Source: an uncultured cyanobacterium (GTDB lineage: Bacteria; Cyanobacteriota; Cyanobacteriia; Pseudanabaenales; Pseudanabaenaceae). Taken from it: a stretch of DNA of 64,000 bases. The stretch is from assembly GCA_963703315.1 (NCBI GenBank), contig OY969811.1, positions 1,280,001-1,344,000 of the forward strand, in the 5' to 3' direction. Shown piece by piece: positions 61,860 to 64,000 of the stretch. The notes below the pieces were generated by a model. The model was not told the origin of the DNA. It saw only the letters and a program-made list of their open reading frames with translations, and did no database searches. Numbering within the stretch: the stretch's first letter is position 1; every line of letters starts with the position of its first letter. A program made the position numbers and the translations under genes.

Positions 61860-62192
61860 CGTCTGGAAATATAAACATTTAAAAACTCGATTAGTTTTAG
61901 ATGCTTTGCACTCACCACAATAGTTGTGTCTTATAAATCGTTTGAAGTTTTATGTAATGATAATCAGTAACTATTTCTTAGATTGCAAGCTATCTTTCTT
62001 AGCAACACTTTAGGTTTATATATTTATCTATTTAAGTGATTTCCATAGGTTTAAGTAGTTTCCAAAGTAAAAAATATACCTAAGAAGTATAGGATTCTAT
62101 CTATTGGTCATTGTCTTTCTAGATGCAAACACTCTCTTTCTACACTCCTCAGCTAGAAGAGCAACTTGTTATTTAATTTTTAGAATTTTCAT

Positions 62193-62984
62193 TTGAGCGA
62201 TAGAAGTTATATGGATAATTTTGAAATGCCTACTCAAAACTTGATTGGCACTCCAGTCTGCACTTTATCCTTCGATGAGCAAATAGATTTAATGATATCT
62301 TGGGCAAAAAACTACCAAAGTAAGGTGGTGTGTGTATCTAATGTCCATATGTTGATTGAAGCGTGGCAAAATTCTCACTTTGCTGATGTGTTGCACAGGG
62401 CTGATCTAGTTACACCAGATGGTATGCCATTAGTTTGGATGCTGAAATTGCTAGGAGCAAAGCGATCGCAGAGGGTGGCAGGCATGGATATTTTTCGGGC
62501 TGTTTGTGCACAAGCAGTAACTACCAAAATAAGCATATTTCTCTTGGGATCAAAGCCTGAAGTACTTGATCAGATTTGTCAGAGATTGCAGGAAGAATAT
62601 CCTATGTTGAAGGTGGCTGGAGTCGAATCTCCTCCTTTTGCTCCACTTGGTACTGCCGCAGATATGAATATTGTGCAGAAGATTAACGACAGTGGGGCAG
62701 GGATAGTATTTGTTGCTTTGGGTTGCCCAAAACAAGAACTATGGATGTCATTGTATAAAGACAAAGTGCAGGCGGTCATGGTGGGAGTAGGAGCTGTGTT
62801 TGCTGTTTATGGTGGTGTACTAAAGCCAACGCCTAAGTTTATCCAAAACATTGGTTTTGAGTGGCTATTTCGACTTGTACAAGAGCCTAAACGTCTTTGG
62901 AAACGTTACTTTACGACTATTCCAGTTTTTATATATCTAGCACTGAAGCAGCTTTACTCTAAGGACAAACAGCTATTGAAATAG
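62193..62984 (+). CDS. WecB/TagA/CpsF family glycosyltransferase (GT26)
   Basis: PDGMPLVW, RVAGMD, VALGCPKQE, EWLFRLVQEPKRLWKRY. Confidence 0.95.
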   Translation: MSDRSYMDNFEMPTQNLIGTPVCTLSFDEQIDLMISWAKNYQSKVVCVSNVHMLIEAWQNSHFADVLHRADLVTPDGMPLVWMLKLLGAKRSQRVAGMDIFRAVCAQAVTTKISIFLLGSKPEVLDQICQRLQEEYPMLKVAGVESPPFAPLGTAADMNIVQKINDSGAGIVFVALGCPKQELWMSLYKDKVQAVMVGVGAVFAVYGGVLKPTPKFIQNIGFEWLFRLVQEPKRLWKRYFTTIPVFIYLALKQLYSKDKQLLK

Positions 62985-63231
62985 CTCTTAAGGTATGTAT
63001 ATCTTGACTTACTAATCTGGTTACCATAAATTAAGGTTATCTCAATACATAAAAATCTAATAAATTAGAGGTTTTCTCATTACATTGTCTAACTCAAAGC
63101 CTGTTTAGCTATGAATTAGACTAGCTTAATAGGCTTTAAGCATTTGCAATACAGAGTAGGGATTAGCCTATAATCGTTAAAAAATTAGGCTTAGCAAGAT
63201 CACTCAATCAGTATATGCACGGAAATAAAAG

Positions 63232-64000
63232 ATGCAAAGCGAACAGTATCCTCAAATATTGCCCCAAAAGAGTTCAATTAAGCGTGTCTTAGGAAATAAC
63301 TTAGCAAATCCATCTCCTGTCGATGAAGAAGGAGGACTAAAGTTTGGGTCGATATTACAATCACTAAAGCGGCGCTTACCTGTAATTATTGGAGTGACTA
63401 CCATAGTCACTGCCCTAGCTGTATACAAAGCTGCAACTAGTAAACCGACTTACCAAGCTGGTTTTGAGATTTTGGCCAAGCCAATCACTGAAGAAACAAG
63501 GGTGATTTCTGCTGTCACTGCCAATAGAACTGAAGAAGTAAAAGAAAAAGGTAAAGTTGAACCTACGACACTAAAACTTTTAAAAAGTCCTAGAATACTT
63601 ACGCCAATTGTTAATCAATTAAAAGTCAAGTATCCAGATGTTAGTTATGACAGCCTCGCAGGTACTTTAGTGGTCACAGCTCTCCCAGATGCTCAGATTC
63701 TAAGTGTTGGCTATGAAGATAAAGACTCCGCAAAAGTCAAAGCAATTCTAGACTTAGTTTCTAAGGCATATCTGGACTACAGTTTAGAAGAGCGTCTTGC
63801 GGATGTACAGCAAGGGATTGATTTTGTTGAGGCTCAGCTACCAGAGGTACAGAAAAGGGCAGGAAAGCTTCAGGATCAATTACAAAGTTTTCGTCAGGAG
63901 TATAACCTCATTGATCCAGAGTCAAGTAGCAGACAACTAGCAGCCCAAACTAGTACTATTAGCCAACAGAGATTAGAGAATCAGGTCAAGCTAGATGAAG
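63232..64000 (+). CDS. GumC/Wzc polysaccharide co-polymerase / chain-length regulator (truncated at window end)
   Basis: Manual translation MQSEQYPQ...LKRRLPVIIGVTTIVTALAVY..PTYQAGFEIL..LKSPRIL..YLDYSLEER..FVEAQLP. Confidence 0.88.
   Translation, partial: MQSEQYPQILPQKSSIKRVLGNNLANPSPVDEEGGLKFGSILQSLKRRLPVIIGVTTIVTALAVYKAATSKPTYQAGFEILAKPITEETRVISAVTANRTEEVKEKGKVEPTTLKLLKSPRILTPIVNQLKVKYPDVSYDSLAGTLVVTALPDAQILSVGYEDKDSAKVKAILDLVSKAYLDYSLEERLADVQQGIDFVEAQLPEVQKRAGKLQDQLQSFRQEYNLIDPESSSRQLAAQTSTISQQRLENQVKLDE

Noticed and set aside
1..64000. CRISPR array, tRNA or rRNA genes
   Set aside because: No regularly spaced direct repeats with unique spacers and no cloverleaf or rRNA signatures seen; the palindromes are dispersed.
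1..64000. HIP1 (GCGATCGC) abundance as a novelty
   Set aside because: A well-known cyanobacterial feature; used only as a taxonomic and horizontal-transfer marker.

Overview
Cyanobacterial chromosomal window. The HIP1 octamer GCGATCGC is very abundant, there is an Fd-GOGAT gene, and the repeat families suggest a Pseudanabaena-like filamentous strain (inference). Bases 1-17.3 kb hold housekeeping and accessory genes: ABC1/UbiB kinase, radA, 5-oxoprolinase, 5'-nucleotidase, an EVE protein, a mazEF-type TA pair and glsF. Bases 17.3-61.3 kb are one minus-strand run of 34 surface-polysaccharide genes. It includes 7 GT4s, GT2s, a CDP-sugar/C-methyltransferase/DUF4910 module, a HepA/MsbA-like ABC transporter, a Wzy-like protein and several oxidases. 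A divergent WecB/TagA-Wzc operon starts at 62.2 kb. Most notable: (i) a compact prenyl-phospho-ribose (DPPR synthase + HAD phosphatase + SMR flippase + GT-C) glycosylation module with no recognisable DprE1/E2, ending in a 1110-aa membrane GT-C-like/six-hairpin-glycosidase fusion; (ii) a dense set of intergenic MITEs and palindromes built on C-(G/A)NA-G triloop hairpins, some with ends matching an IS630 element in the window and some with the loop inverted relative to its flanks; (iii) an IS630 nested in an IS701; (iv) a consensus sigma70 promoter with Fur-like boxes in the divergent control region. All family assignments come from recognising motifs by eye, not from database searches.
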